Shown one piece after another: positions 1 to 9,334 of a stretch of 64,000 nt of DNA. Position numbers and translations under genes: made by a program. Position 1 is the stretch's first letter. The number at the start of each line of letters is the position of its first letter. The notes beneath the pieces were generated by a model. The model was not told where the DNA came from. It saw only the letters and a list, made by a program, of their open reading frames with translations, and searched no databases. Location of the stretch: positions 391,050-455,049 of the forward strand of contig JBEKML010000001.1 in NCBI GenBank assembly GCA_050008535.1. Direction: 5' to 3'. The DNA comes from Minisyncoccia bacterium (GTDB lineage: Bacteria; Patescibacteriota; Minisyncoccia; UBA6257; 2-01-FULL-56-20).

Positions 1-1450
1 AAACGATCACGTCGCGGCTGCTTTTATCGCCATATACCTTTATGGTGTTGTGGGCGCCCATTTCTTTCGCGATGCTGCCCGCCTTCGCGAAGCGTTTGTC
101 GCCCATTGCTTTTACCTTTTCGGCCTCATCGATCGCGATGCCGTTCTCGTCGTGTTCGTAGCTGTCAACTTTTACGACCGCGCCCGGCGTGCCGGGGAAG
201 ATCATCGGCGAAATGCCGTCCGGGGTGATCTTGTACCGGCCGTAATTTTCAGGGACGCCCTCCGCGATCTTTCCGCGTTCTACGGCGATCTTTGCCGGGT
301 TGGCCGCGGAAGTCTCCAAACTCTCCGAAAGTTGGCGGTCCAAAAGGACGATGACGGGCGTCTGATATTTCCACGCGAAGTTCAGCGCCTCCGCGCCGCA
401 GGCGAACGCTTCTTTGGGATCTCCCGGCGCGAGCACGATCCGCGGGAACTCGCCGTGGCCGGAATGAAGGACGAACTGCAGATCTCCCTGGCTCGTGTAC
501 GTAGGTGTGCCGGTCGCGGGGGCGTAGCGCTGCGAAACGGCGATCGCAAGCGGGAGCTCCGCCATGCCGCTCAATGCGAACGCCTCCTGCATCAGGGCAA
601 AACCGCCGGTCGCCGTGCCCACCGCGGCGCGCTTGCCGGCATAGGCAGCGCCCAACGCCATATTTATGACCGCGAGCTCGCTTTCTGGCTGGACGACTTT
701 GATCTTATATTCCTTCTGCTGTTTCGCGAGAAAATGGAGGATACTGGACGACGGCGTCATCGGGTAGGCGAAATAGAAATCCAATCCCGCCGCTACAAGG
801 CCCTTCGCGAACGCCGTGTTGCCATCAGTGAGCTCCGCTTCCTCTTTCCGTTGCGGCGTCAGTTTTTTCCAGTGGCGGAATTGCAATTTTTCCAAATGCT
901 CATATCCCATCTCGGCAAGCTTAAGGTTGGCATCCAGGCTTTTATTCTTGAAAACATCGTTCAACACCGCCTTCATGTTGTCCAAAGAAAATCCAAGAAG
1001 ATAGCAAGCGGCGCCGAGCGCGGCGGATGTGCGCGTGATGGGCGGCGCGCCAATCTTTTGCGCGAATTCTTTCATGGGAAGCACGACGGCATTCGCGCCG
1101 AACCGTTCCAGATCCTCTTTTTCAAAACTGTCCGCGAGGACGACGGCGTCTTTGTGGAGTTCGTTCCTGTGAATTGTGAGCGTTTCCTCGTTGAGCGCCA
1201 CAAGCACGTCAAGCGCCGAGTGGTCGCTGTGGATCTTTTCTCCGGAGAAGCTCACGCGGCTGAAATTGTGCCCGCCGCGGATGAGCGAGGGATAGTCAAA
1301 CGAAACAAAGGCCTCAAAGCTGAAGTCGTTCAAGAGTTCCGCCAGGCTTGCGCCCGCTTCGCGCGCGCCGTCGCCTGCCGCGCCGCCGATGCCGACGGTG
1401 AAAATGTTCTCGTGAGGGGATGCTTTCTTTGTTGGAGAGCCGAACAGCAT
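1..1450 (-). CDS. korA: 2-oxoacid:ferredoxin oxidoreductase alpha subunit (gamma-alpha fusion), truncated at window edge
   Basis: Manual translation from CAT 1448-1450: MLFGSPTKK...FTVGIGGAAGDGAREAG, and later YFAYPMTPSSSI. Absent from the ORF track because it runs off the window. Confidence 0.85.
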   Translation of the reverse strand, partial: MLFGSPTKKASPHENIFTVGIGGAAGDGAREAGASLAELLNDFSFEAFVSFDYPSLIRGGHNFSRVSFSGEKIHSDHSALDVLVALNEETLTIHRNELHKDAVVLADSFEKEDLERFGANAVVLPMKEFAQKIGAPPITRTSAALGAACYLLGFSLDNMKAVLNDVFKNKSLDANLKLAEMGYEHLEKLQFRHWKKLTPQRKEEAELTDGNTAFAKGLVAAGLDFYFAYPMTPSSSILHFLAKQQKEYKIKVVQPESELAVINMALGAAYAGKRAAVGTATGGFALMQEAFALSGMAELPLAIAVSQRYAPATGTPTYTSQGDLQFVLHSGHGEFPRIVLAPGDPKEAFACGAEALNFAWKYQTPVIVLLDRQLSESLETSAANPAKIAVERGKIAEGVPENYGRYKITPDGISPMIFPGTPGAVVKVDSYEHDENGIAIDEAEKVKAMGDKRFAKAGSIAKEMGAHNTIKVYGDKSSRDVIV

Positions 1451-1516
1451 GGTATATGGAAATTATAGCATCCCCGCCGCTTGCACGGTGAACATTAAAA
1501 AATCATTAAACAATTC

Positions 1517-1544
1517 TTGACGGTTAGCTTCCGAGTGCTATCAT
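1517..1544 (+). promoter_or_regulatory. sigma70-type promoter for the leader RNA/hydrogenase operon
   Basis: TTGACG-16 bp-TATCAT with extended -10 TG. Confidence 0.6.
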
Positions 1545-1679
1545 ATTCTTGAAAGCAAGAGTCCGCAGAGCGGCGGACCATATATCCTTGTTTGGTATGC
1601 AAGTGGCCATTTCGGTGGCCGTTTGCATTTTAAATAGTTTTAATCACCTTTTTGTTAGCGTGACAATGCCCGTGGTCTT

Positions 1680-1753
1680 GGGCCCGTCGTTCATACGAGT
1701 AGGATTTTGCTTTTACCAAACAAGAGAAGCGGGTGCAAATCCCGCCGGGTCCA
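1680..1753 (+). tRNA. atypical tRNA-like element, anticodon TAC (Val-like), possibly non-canonical or pseudo-tRNA
   Basis: Folds as GGGCCCG/CGGGTCC-A acceptor stem, GTTC/GGAT D stem, TTGCT-TTTACCA-AACAA anticodon arm and GCGGG-TGCAAAT-CCCGC T arm. Deviations: T loop TGCAAAT, no GG in the D loop, C37, and a C30-A40 mismatch. Confidence 0.6.
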
Positions 1754-1802
1754 CGGGCATCCGGATGGGCAATGAAGCAAAATTTCATGATATGATGAAG
1801 CA

Positions 1803-2297
1803 ATGGCGCCGGCGGAAAAATTGAAGATCGGTTGGTTTTCGTTCTCCTGCTGCGAAGACAACACGATCGTGATGACGGAGGTGATGAACGACCATTGGGC
1901 CGAGTGGAAAAAGAAATTTGAATTCCGGCACGCGCGGGTTTTGCAGTCAAAGAACGTGATGGATGAGTTTGATATTGCTTTTATTGAAGGCGCGGTCGCC
2001 TCGCCCGCGCAGGAAGAAAAGTTGAAAGACATCCGGAGGCGGTCAAAAAAGCTCGTGGCGATCGGCGCGTGTGCGGTGACGGGCCTGCCATCCGGCCAGA
2101 GAAACTCTTTCACCGACGCGCAAAAGGAAGCGATAGAATTTCTGACCGCGCGGTTCGGCGCACTGCCGAAGGTGCTTAAGGTTGCGGATGTGGTCACAGT
2201 TGACGCCGAAGTGCCGGGCTGCCCGATGGATCCGCAGAACTTTCTCAAGGTCCTTGAGAGCGTCGTGGCCGAGCTTGAGAACAAAATAATTCCATAA
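1803..2297 (+). CDS. [NiFe]-hydrogenase small (delta-type) subunit, minimal form
   Basis: SCCED, FIEGAV, IGACAVTG and VPGCP motifs; lacks the C-terminal Fe-S domain. Confidence 0.85.
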   Translation: MAPAEKLKIGWFSFSCCEDNTIVMTEVMNDHWAEWKKKFEFRHARVLQSKNVMDEFDIAFIEGAVASPAQEEKLKDIRRRSKKLVAIGACAVTGLPSGQRNSFTDAQKEAIEFLTARFGALPKVLKVADVVTVDAEVPGCPMDPQNFLKVLESVVAELENKIIP

Positions 2298-2301
2298 TCC
2301 C

Positions 2302-3594
2302 ATGCACACGTTTGATCTCACGATGGAGGGTATCACGAAGGTAGAGGGCAGCGCCGGGCTTTCATTGCACGTGGAGGAGGGGAAAGTGACCGATGTGAAG
2401 TTCGCGATCACCGAATACAAGCGGTTCTTCACCGAGGCGATGAAGGGGAAATCGGTCATGGCCATTCCGCAGCATCTCGCGCGGATCTGCGGCACCTGCT
2501 CCAACGCGCACCTCATGTGCAGCATTGAAGCGTGCGAACACGCCTTGGGGATAGAACCCACCGCGCAGACAAAAACGCTCCGCGCGCTCACCATGCACGG
2601 CCTTATGATCCGCGACCACGCCCTACACCTTTATCTTTTTTCAATGCCCGATATTTTCGGCAAGGATGCGTTCCTTGATTTTGACGAGAACGTGGAGGCG
2701 GAGCACCAGTTGCTGCACGACGGGTTTGGCGTGAAGGGCGCCGGAAATTTCCTCGCGACGCTCGTCGCCGGGCGGAGCGTCCACGCAGTGTATCCAACGA
2801 TCGGCGGGTTCCTCAAATTCCCCGATGAAGCGGGCGTCGCGGAGGCGATCAAAAAACTGGAATCCGTCCGCCCCGCAGCGCTCCGGCTCATAGAAATTTT
2901 CAAAAACGCGCCGTTCCATTTTGATCGCAAGACGCAGTTCATGGCGCTCGTGCCGGATGGAAGCTACGGCTACATAGACGGCACTATTATCACGAGCAAG
3001 GGGGAGGTTTTTCCCGAGCGGGAATTCCACAGGCACTTGGAGCAGGTTGTGCTCCCGTATTCACAGGCATCGGCGTATCTTTATGGCGGTGAGGGCTATA
3101 TGGTGGGCGCGCTCGCGCGGCTCAGCATTGCAAAAGACAAGCTGCACCCGAGAACAAAGGAATCACTCGGCGATGTTCTGGATCTTTTCCCCTCCACCGA
3201 CATTTTTTACAACAACCTCGCGCAGGCGATAGAGATATTACATTCTATCGATGAATCAATAGATATTTTGAAGAACAATAAATTTGTGCCGGAGCCGATA
3301 ATAAAAGTTCCCAATCGCGAGGCCACGGGCGTGGGCGTTGTGGAAGCCCCGCGCGGCACGCTCTATCACAAAGTGGTGATCGGCGCGGACGGCCTGGTGA
3401 AAGAAGGGGAGGTAATCGTGCCCACCGGCCAGAACCAGGTGAATATTGAGAAGGACATCGCGACGCTCGTGCAAGGACTTTTACCCGACACGCCAAAAGA
3501 AAAAATAGAATTTGAAATAGAGAAGCTTGTCCGCGCCTACGATCCCTGCATGAGCTGCGCGGCGCATTTCCTCAAGGTGAAGTGGGACGCATAG
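2302..3594 (+). CDS. [NiFe]-hydrogenase large subunit, group 3b-like
   Basis: TKVEG, L1 RICGTC, EAPRG and L2 DPCMSCAAH, followed by a short C-terminal extension. Confidence 0.92.
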   Translation: MHTFDLTMEGITKVEGSAGLSLHVEEGKVTDVKFAITEYKRFFTEAMKGKSVMAIPQHLARICGTCSNAHLMCSIEACEHALGIEPTAQTKTLRALTMHGLMIRDHALHLYLFSMPDIFGKDAFLDFDENVEAEHQLLHDGFGVKGAGNFLATLVAGRSVHAVYPTIGGFLKFPDEAGVAEAIKKLESVRPAALRLIEIFKNAPFHFDRKTQFMALVPDGSYGYIDGTIITSKGEVFPEREFHRHLEQVVLPYSQASAYLYGGEGYMVGALARLSIAKDKLHPRTKESLGDVLDLFPSTDIFYNNLAQAIEILHSIDESIDILKNNKFVPEPIIKVPNREATGVGVVEAPRGTLYHKVVIGADGLVKEGEVIVPTGQNQVNIEKDIATLVQGLLPDTPKEKIEFEIEKLVRAYDPCMSCAAHFLKVKWDA

Positions 3595-3619
3595 ACAGGT
3601 GCGCCCCATTCGCTGAATA

Positions 3620-3648
3620 TTGACAATATATAGATATTACCTTATTAT
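3620..3648 (+). promoter_or_regulatory. sigma70 promoter
   Basis: TTGACA-17 bp-TATTAT; GGGAGG SD upstream of ATG 3740. Confidence 0.65.
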
Positions 3649-3739
3649 ATGGCTGTCCATAAGGACAAAGCTGTTCTTTCCAAACCGAAAAAGATTTCAT
3701 TTCGGCATTGAATTTCTGGAAGAAAAAGGGAGGTAAGAC

Positions 3740-6613
3740 ATGTTGGGATTCCTGATGTTCCTGACGTGGTTCGTTCTCTCCATCCCCCCGCTCGGGCGGG
3801 CGGTATGGAAACTGATCAAACTCTACCGGGACGAGGACCGGGACGAGGAACCGCTCAAGCGGGCATACCGCTCCTTGGGCCTCACTATTCTGTGGGCCGT
3901 GCTCGTGATCGTTGGCTTGTGGGCCCTCGCCTGGCTGATGGACCTGCGCGTCGAATCCCTGTGGTTCGCGGACGCGGGCTATGCCGGACGCTTCTGGACC
4001 CAGTTCAACACCGAGCTCGTCCTCTACTGGATCGGGTTCGTGCTCGCCGGCGCGTTCTGTTTCACGAACGTGACCATGATCGCCAAGCTGAACGCCGGTT
4101 CCAAAACGGCGCAGCGGGTGATCCTCGGAGTCGGCGGGGCGCTCTCGCTTATCGCCGCTAACGTGTTCGGCAGCGTCGCCGAGGGCATTTGGCAGAGATT
4201 GCTGTTGTTCCTGAACGGTCAGCCGTTCGGCAAGCTCGACCCGGTGTTCTCAAAGGACGTCGGGTTCTATGTCTTTACCATGCCGTTCATCGACGGTCTG
4301 ACGTCGTTCGCGTACTGGCTGATAGGCCTGACCATGATCGCCTGCTTCGCTTTCTACGCGGTGAGGTATGGCGTAGCCAAGGCCGGCTCTTGCAACAACT
4401 ATGATTTCGGGGCCAGCAAGCGCGCAGAGCTCGCGGAACAAGCCGGGGTTGTGCTCAACCACGGCCTCTCACATGTCTCAGCTCTGGGCATCCTGTTTCT
4501 CCTGGACCTCGCAGTCGACACATTCCTGGACCGCTACAAGATCCTGTACTCCACGCACGGCAACGTCTATGGCGCCGGCTGGACGGATCTCAACGTGCGG
4601 ATCCCGGCCTACTGGGGGTTCATGATTGTCCTGGCCATCGGCATCGCGTTCCTCGCGACCTCGGTCCTATCGAAGTCGCACCGCCACACCGTGAAGAATG
4701 CCATCTTCGGTTTCGGCGGGACGCTCCTGTTCTGGCTCTTGGCCGTCGTCATCACACCTGCGATATTCCAATCGGCATATGTAAGCCCGAACGAGTTGCA
4801 GGTTGAGAGGCCCTTTATCCAGCGGGAGATCGACTACACCAGTGCGGCATACGGGCTCGATCGCATCAAACCCCTGGATTTCCCCGTGAAGGACGGCCTG
4901 ACGCGGGCCAATCTGACCCAAGACGCCGAGACCCTGGAAAGCGCGCGGCTCTGGGATTGGCGTGTCCTCCTGGCCACCAACCACCAGCTTCAAGCCTTCA
5001 AGCCGTACTACAGCTTCAAGGATGTGGACGTGGTGCGCTACGATGTCCACGGCAAGAAGGTCCAAGTGCTGTACAGCGGGCGCGAGTTGGACGTGGAGAA
5101 GCTCCCCGAGTCGGCGAAGACCTGGCAGAACATGCATCTGGTCTACACGCACGGCTTCGGCGGCACCGCCAATCCTGTGAACGATTTCACTTCGGACGGC
5201 CTGCCGGATTACTGGGTGAAGGACCTGCCGCCCGTCTCGAGATACCCCGAACTGGAGATGAAGCAGCCTCGCATCTATTTCGGCGAGGCGACCACGAACC
5301 ATGTGTATGTCAATACCCACATGCAGGAATACGACTACCCCGTGGGCGACGGCAACGCCTGGTTCCAGTATGACGGGCCGGCGGGCATTCCGCTCGGCGG
5401 CTTCTTCCGACGACTGTCCATTGCCTGGAAATTCGATGGTTTCTGGAGAACCTGGTCTGAGCAGCTCGGGCCGGAGAGCCGCATTCTGTTCAATCGCGAC
5501 ATCGCGACCCGCACCGAGAAGCTCGTGCCGTTCCTGTGGCACGAGGAGGACACCTACCAAGTCATCGCGGACGGGCAACTGTGGTTCATGCGCGACTTCA
5601 ATTCGGTGACCGAATGGTATCCCTACTCGGCACCGCACAACGGCGTGAACTACATGCGTAATTCGGTGAAGTCGGTGACGAACGCGTATACCGGCAAAAC
5701 CGATTTCTACGTGTTCGAGCCGAACGACCCCGTCATCCGCACCTATCAGGCGATCTTCCCGGGACTTTTCAAGCCAATGTCCCAGATGCCTGCATCGCTT
5801 CGCAAGCATGTCAGGTACCCGCAGGGGCTGCTTGAGGTCCAGGGAGACATGTATGCCTGGTATCACATGAAGGATGCCACTGCCTTCTACAACAAGGAGG
5901 ACATGTGGCAGTACGCCAAGCAATTCTCCCCGAGCATCAACAAGCCGGCGCAGGTTGAAGCGTACTATCTCGTGATGTCCTTGCCCGATCGCCACTCGCC
6001 GGAGTACGTGCTGGTACTGCCCTTCACTCCGAAGTCCACCGACGCGGAGCACCAGCGCAATAATCTGGAGTCCTGGCTCGCCGCCCGCTGTGACGGCGAC
6101 CACTATGGGGAGCTCATGCTTTACCGATTCCCCACGACCAAACAGGTTCAGGGTCCGCTCCAGGTTGGGATTAGGATGAACCAGGACGAGACGCTATCCA
6201 AGGATTTCAGCCTCTGGAACCAGCAGGGTTCCAAGGTGGTCCTGGGCGACATGCGTGTCCTGCCTCTTTCCGACCACCGATTGCTGAACGTCCAGGCCAT
6301 CTATCTGGAGAGCGAGGGCGCGAAAATGCCTCAGCTCAAGTACGTGGTTGCCGCCTCCGGCGACCAGATGGTCTACGAGAAGACGTTCTCCGCTGCACTG
6401 GAGCGGTTAATCGGCGCCGGGCCGACGCTCATGCCGCCTCCGGCTACCATCACCGCCGTTTCCGTACCCGCGTCCCTCGACCTGACCCAGGAGATACTGG
6501 GCCGGCTCGACAAGTACTTCGGGTTGCTCCAGCAGGGCAAGTTCTCGGAGGCCGGGAACGAACTCCAGGCTATCCGGGACGAACGGGCCAAAATGAAATC
6601 GACCAAAAAGTGA
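3740..6613 (+). CDS. UPF0182 family membrane protein
   Basis: 957 aa; DPVFSKDVGFYVF, RLWD, HLVYTHG, PRIYFGE and NYMRNSVK motifs. Confidence 0.92.
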   Translation: MLGFLMFLTWFVLSIPPLGRAVWKLIKLYRDEDRDEEPLKRAYRSLGLTILWAVLVIVGLWALAWLMDLRVESLWFADAGYAGRFWTQFNTELVLYWIGFVLAGAFCFTNVTMIAKLNAGSKTAQRVILGVGGALSLIAANVFGSVAEGIWQRLLLFLNGQPFGKLDPVFSKDVGFYVFTMPFIDGLTSFAYWLIGLTMIACFAFYAVRYGVAKAGSCNNYDFGASKRAELAEQAGVVLNHGLSHVSALGILFLLDLAVDTFLDRYKILYSTHGNVYGAGWTDLNVRIPAYWGFMIVLAIGIAFLATSVLSKSHRHTVKNAIFGFGGTLLFWLLAVVITPAIFQSAYVSPNELQVERPFIQREIDYTSAAYGLDRIKPLDFPVKDGLTRANLTQDAETLESARLWDWRVLLATNHQLQAFKPYYSFKDVDVVRYDVHGKKVQVLYSGRELDVEKLPESAKTWQNMHLVYTHGFGGTANPVNDFTSDGLPDYWVKDLPPVSRYPELEMKQPRIYFGEATTNHVYVNTHMQEYDYPVGDGNAWFQYDGPAGIPLGGFFRRLSIAWKFDGFWRTWSEQLGPESRILFNRDIATRTEKLVPFLWHEEDTYQVIADGQLWFMRDFNSVTEWYPYSAPHNGVNYMRNSVKSVTNAYTGKTDFYVFEPNDPVIRTYQAIFPGLFKPMSQMPASLRKHVRYPQGLLEVQGDMYAWYHMKDATAFYNKEDMWQYAKQFSPSINKPAQVEAYYLVMSLPDRHSPEYVLVLPFTPKSTDAEHQRNNLESWLAARCDGDHYGELMLYRFPTTKQVQGPLQVGIRMNQDETLSKDFSLWNQQGSKVVLGDMRVLPLSDHRLLNVQAIYLESEGAKMPQLKYVVAASGDQMVYEKTFSAALERLIGAGPTLMPPPATITAVSVPASLDLTQEILGRLDKYFGLLQQGKFSEAGNELQAIRDERAKMKSTKK

Positions 6614-6667
6614 CACTCGCAGAAGCATGCAGGCCCTCGCTTCCCGGGTGACTCACATCTCATCCAG

Positions 6668-6705
6668 AGCCCTCCATCGCCGTCAGGCGGTCCGGAGGGC
6701 TTTTG
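6668..6705 (+). terminator. intrinsic terminator
   Basis: AGCCCTCC...GGAGGGCT stem followed by TTTT. Confidence 0.55.
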
Positions 6706-6717
6706 CATAAAAAGCCC

Positions 6718-6740
6718 GCTCCGGCGGCTGGATTCGAACT
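6718..6740 (+). repeat. att-like site: tRNA-Asn 3' fragment (distal copy, retains the T loop)
   Basis: GCTCCGGCGGCTGGATTCGAACT; reverse complement is GTTCGAATCCAGCCGCCGGAGC. Confidence 0.8.
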
Positions 6741-7123
6741 TACTGCCCACTGAGAAATTTTTCGAGTAAGATAATTATTTTCTGGAGCGCCCCAGCTTCG
6801 TCCATGGCTCCCGGCACGCCGATTATTTTTATTTTCTTGAACTTGCCGAGCTTTTGGAGATATCGGAGGTTCGTGAGCGCGTCAAAATCGTGCATCGTGA
6901 CGCGCGGCACGGCGGCGAACTTTGCAAGATCGTCAAAAACAGTCACTTCGTTGATGCCTTCTACGGTATCAATAATAGTCAGTTCTTCGGGCACGTCCCA
7001 CTCTTCGTTCGGGTCTTTTACTTCAAATTGCACTTGCGGGAATCGTTTCTGAAGTTCGGGAAGGATCCGAAGCGGCAATGAGTCGGCGGGAAGGTCGGGA
7101 TTGCCGAAAACATAAACGATCAT
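6740..7123 (-). CDS. hydrogenase maturation protease-like protein (HyaD/HycI-like fold)
   Basis: MIVYVFGNPDLPADS..., IIDTVEG, TMHDFD, IIGVP; lies near the hydrogenase. Confidence 0.6.
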   Translation of the reverse strand: MIVYVFGNPDLPADSLPLRILPELQKRFPQVQFEVKDPNEEWDVPEELTIIDTVEGINEVTVFDDLAKFAAVPRVTMHDFDALTNLRYLQKLGKFKKIKIIGVPGAMDEAGALQKIIILLEKFLSGQ

Positions 7124-7226
7124 ATGCTTTTTATCATATGACGCTACGGGCCGAAGAGCTAATACAACTATTTTAAAGAAAGCGCGCCGTTTCCCGCGGT
7201 CCAAGACAGCTTGGCGGGAAACGGCG

Positions 7227-7679
7227 CTAGGATTCTACTTCTTCGATCTCTACGACCACCCGGCGGTGGAAGTAGACGAACTGGCCGCGCGAGAGGGGGA
7301 GATGGTACTGGTTGACCGCGTTGAGCGTCTCTCCTTCGCAAGCGAGGACTACGACTGTGCCGTTGCTTGCTTCGGCCACTTTGGCGCGGCGCACGCGGCA
7401 CTCGCCTTCGTGGCCGTGGTGATGGTGCCAGAAATCGGCTACCGTGGCCACCGCCCATTGGGCCAGTCCATTTTGGACCGCGTATTCGCGCAATCTCTCG
7501 ACTGCGTTTGGGAAACATCTTTCAAGAAGCGGACACGTCGGTTGCTCGTTTCTTCTGACGAGCTGGTCAAGCTCGATCAGGTCTTTCTCGGCGATCTTCC
7601 AACGTCTCCCATTGGTGACCACCACGCCGGTGGTGGCGCAAGGGAATGTGTAACGGAGGAACAATAGTTCTCCGGTCAT
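7227..7679 (-). CDS. short DUF6390-like protein
   Basis: LFLRYTFPC N-terminus, FP and FW motifs, and HypC-like C-terminal GQFVYFH; resembles the neighbouring gene. Confidence 0.5.
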   Translation of the reverse strand: MTGELLFLRYTFPCATTGVVVTNGRRWKIAEKDLIELDQLVRRNEQPTCPLLERCFPNAVERLREYAVQNGLAQWAVATVADFWHHHHGHEGECRVRRAKVAEASNGTVVVLACEGETLNAVNQYHLPLSRGQFVYFHRRVVVEIEEVES

Positions 7680-7722
7680 AGGACAACCCTCCTTCTGCGG
7701 GAAGTTCTGCCCCTGATTATAC

Positions 7723-8454
7723 TCAAATCGTCCGATTCGCCAAGTCGAGGTGGCGTAGCGTGTACTTGCGGAGCATCGCGGCCTCGCGTTCTGTGATGAC
7801 CTCGCAGGGGACACTCCAATGGATGGAAACAAGGTCGCCGGGCTTGATCTGCTCTATGTCGTACTCCGCCTCCAGCCGCCGCGCGAGTTTTTTCTCCGCG
7901 GGCGCGCCGAGAAAAAGTTTTCCGTTGGCATAGAGCAGCGGCTCGGCAAGCACGGTGATCGCGGGACCACTTACGTTTTTTACCCTTCCCCAACTCACGC
8001 GGCACTCGTCTATTTCGGAAAGCGTCCTCTCCCGCTCGCCGCGAGCCGCCTGCAACCAAACATCCAGAACGTGGAACGAATGATGCGGCACGGCTCCCTG
8101 CGCGATTTTTTCTTCAACGAGTGAAAAAGATTTTGCGCCGAGCTTTTTCTTTATTTTCTGGCCCTCAACAAGGTGGTGGTAAAACTTCCGCTGGCCGATA
8201 TTTTCCAAAAGTTCGTTGCCGATCCAGTATGCCTCTACCACGCGGTCATCAAAAGGATCGCGGATGCCGTTCGCTTCCGCGATGTGGCGGAGGTAGGGGA
8301 ACATTGTCTTGAATTGGCTCAACAATTTCTCAAGTCCCGGATCGCTTGCACCCTCTTCAATGTAGGCGCGGATTTCGCTCGCCGCATCCGGGCCGCAATA
8401 ATGGAGCCGGTTCGGTCCGAAAGCATATCGGCTGCAGCGGATGATGCCGTCCAT
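7723..8454 (-). CDS. DUF6390 family protein
   Basis: RYAFGPNRLHYCGP, DPFDDRVVEAYWIGNELL, PHHSFHV, CRVSWG, GDLVSIHW. Confidence 0.8.
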   Translation of the reverse strand: MDGIIRCSRYAFGPNRLHYCGPDAASEIRAYIEEGASDPGLEKLLSQFKTMFPYLRHIAEANGIRDPFDDRVVEAYWIGNELLENIGQRKFYHHLVEGQKIKKKLGAKSFSLVEEKIAQGAVPHHSFHVLDVWLQAARGERERTLSEIDECRVSWGRVKNVSGPAITVLAEPLLYANGKLFLGAPAEKKLARRLEAEYDIEQIKPGDLVSIHWSVPCEVITEREAAMLRKYTLRHLDLANRTI

Positions 8455-8470
8455 ATGATAAGATAATAGT

Positions 8471-9280
8471 ATGAATGAGACGCCACTCCAAGCATTGCTC
8501 AACCTTTCGGGAAAAACCGCGATCGTGACGGGCGGGGCGGTCGGCATTGGTTTGGGGATCAGCAGGCGCCTCGCCGAGGCGGGCGCGAACGTGCTCATTG
8601 CCGACATCAACGCGGAAAATGCCGAAAAGGCAAAGCAGGAGCTGCTCGCGGGCGGTTGGAAGGCGGAGGCGGTGCATGCCGACGTTTCAAATGAAGCAAA
8701 CGTTCAAGCAATGGTTCAAAAAGCGGTGAGCGTATTCGGGGGCGTGGACATTCTTGTGAACAATGCCGGCATCTATCCGAGCGTCCTTTTGATGAATATG
8801 ACCGCCGCCGATTTTGAACGAGTGCTTGCGGTCAATTTGGAAAGCGTGTTCCTGTGTACGAAAAGTGCTGCGGAGCAAATGATCAAACAGGGACGCGGCG
8901 GGAGAATTATCAATATCACTTCTATTGATGCGTTGCACCCGTCATCGGCGGGACTCGCGCACTACGATGCTTCAAAGCACGGCGTGTGGGGGTTCACAAA
9001 GAATGTGGCGCTGGAACTCGCGCCGCATAATATCTGGGTGAATGCCGTGGCGCCTGGCGGCATCGCCACGCCCGGCGTTGCCGGAATGCAGAAAAAGGCG
9101 CAGGTGCCCGCGGGCGTGGACATGGAAGCAATGCTCAAAAATTTCCTCGCGCGGATCCCGATGAAGCGGATGGGGGAACCCGACGATATCGGGAAGGCAG
9201 TGCTCTTCCTTGCTTCCGAAATGTCTTCCTATATGACCGGAAGCCAGATCGTGGTGGATGGCGGTGTGTTGCTCGCCTAA
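8471..9280 (+). CDS. SDR family oxidoreductase
   Basis: TGGAVGIG, NNAG, YxxxK (YDASK). Confidence 0.93.
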   Translation: MNETPLQALLNLSGKTAIVTGGAVGIGLGISRRLAEAGANVLIADINAENAEKAKQELLAGGWKAEAVHADVSNEANVQAMVQKAVSVFGGVDILVNNAGIYPSVLLMNMTAADFERVLAVNLESVFLCTKSAAEQMIKQGRGGRIINITSIDALHPSSAGLAHYDASKHGVWGFTKNVALELAPHNIWVNAVAPGGIATPGVAGMQKKAQVPAGVDMEAMLKNFLARIPMKRMGEPDDIGKAVLFLASEMSSYMTGSQIVVDGGVLLA

Positions 9281-9334
9281 TAACCACACAGAGTACTCTT
9301 TTCAAACCCTGTGGTGTCTGTGATAGATAAATCT

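Noticed and set aside
50-1468. 472-aa + ORF and other long antisense ORFs (4667-6103, 22584-23957, 56261-57556)
   Set aside because: Shadow frames of recognisable genes on the opposite strand.
1725-1755. tmRNA 3' end
   Set aside because: The matching 5' acceptor strand is only about 70 nt upstream, leaving no room for a tag ORF or pseudoknots, so it fits a tRNA-sized fold.
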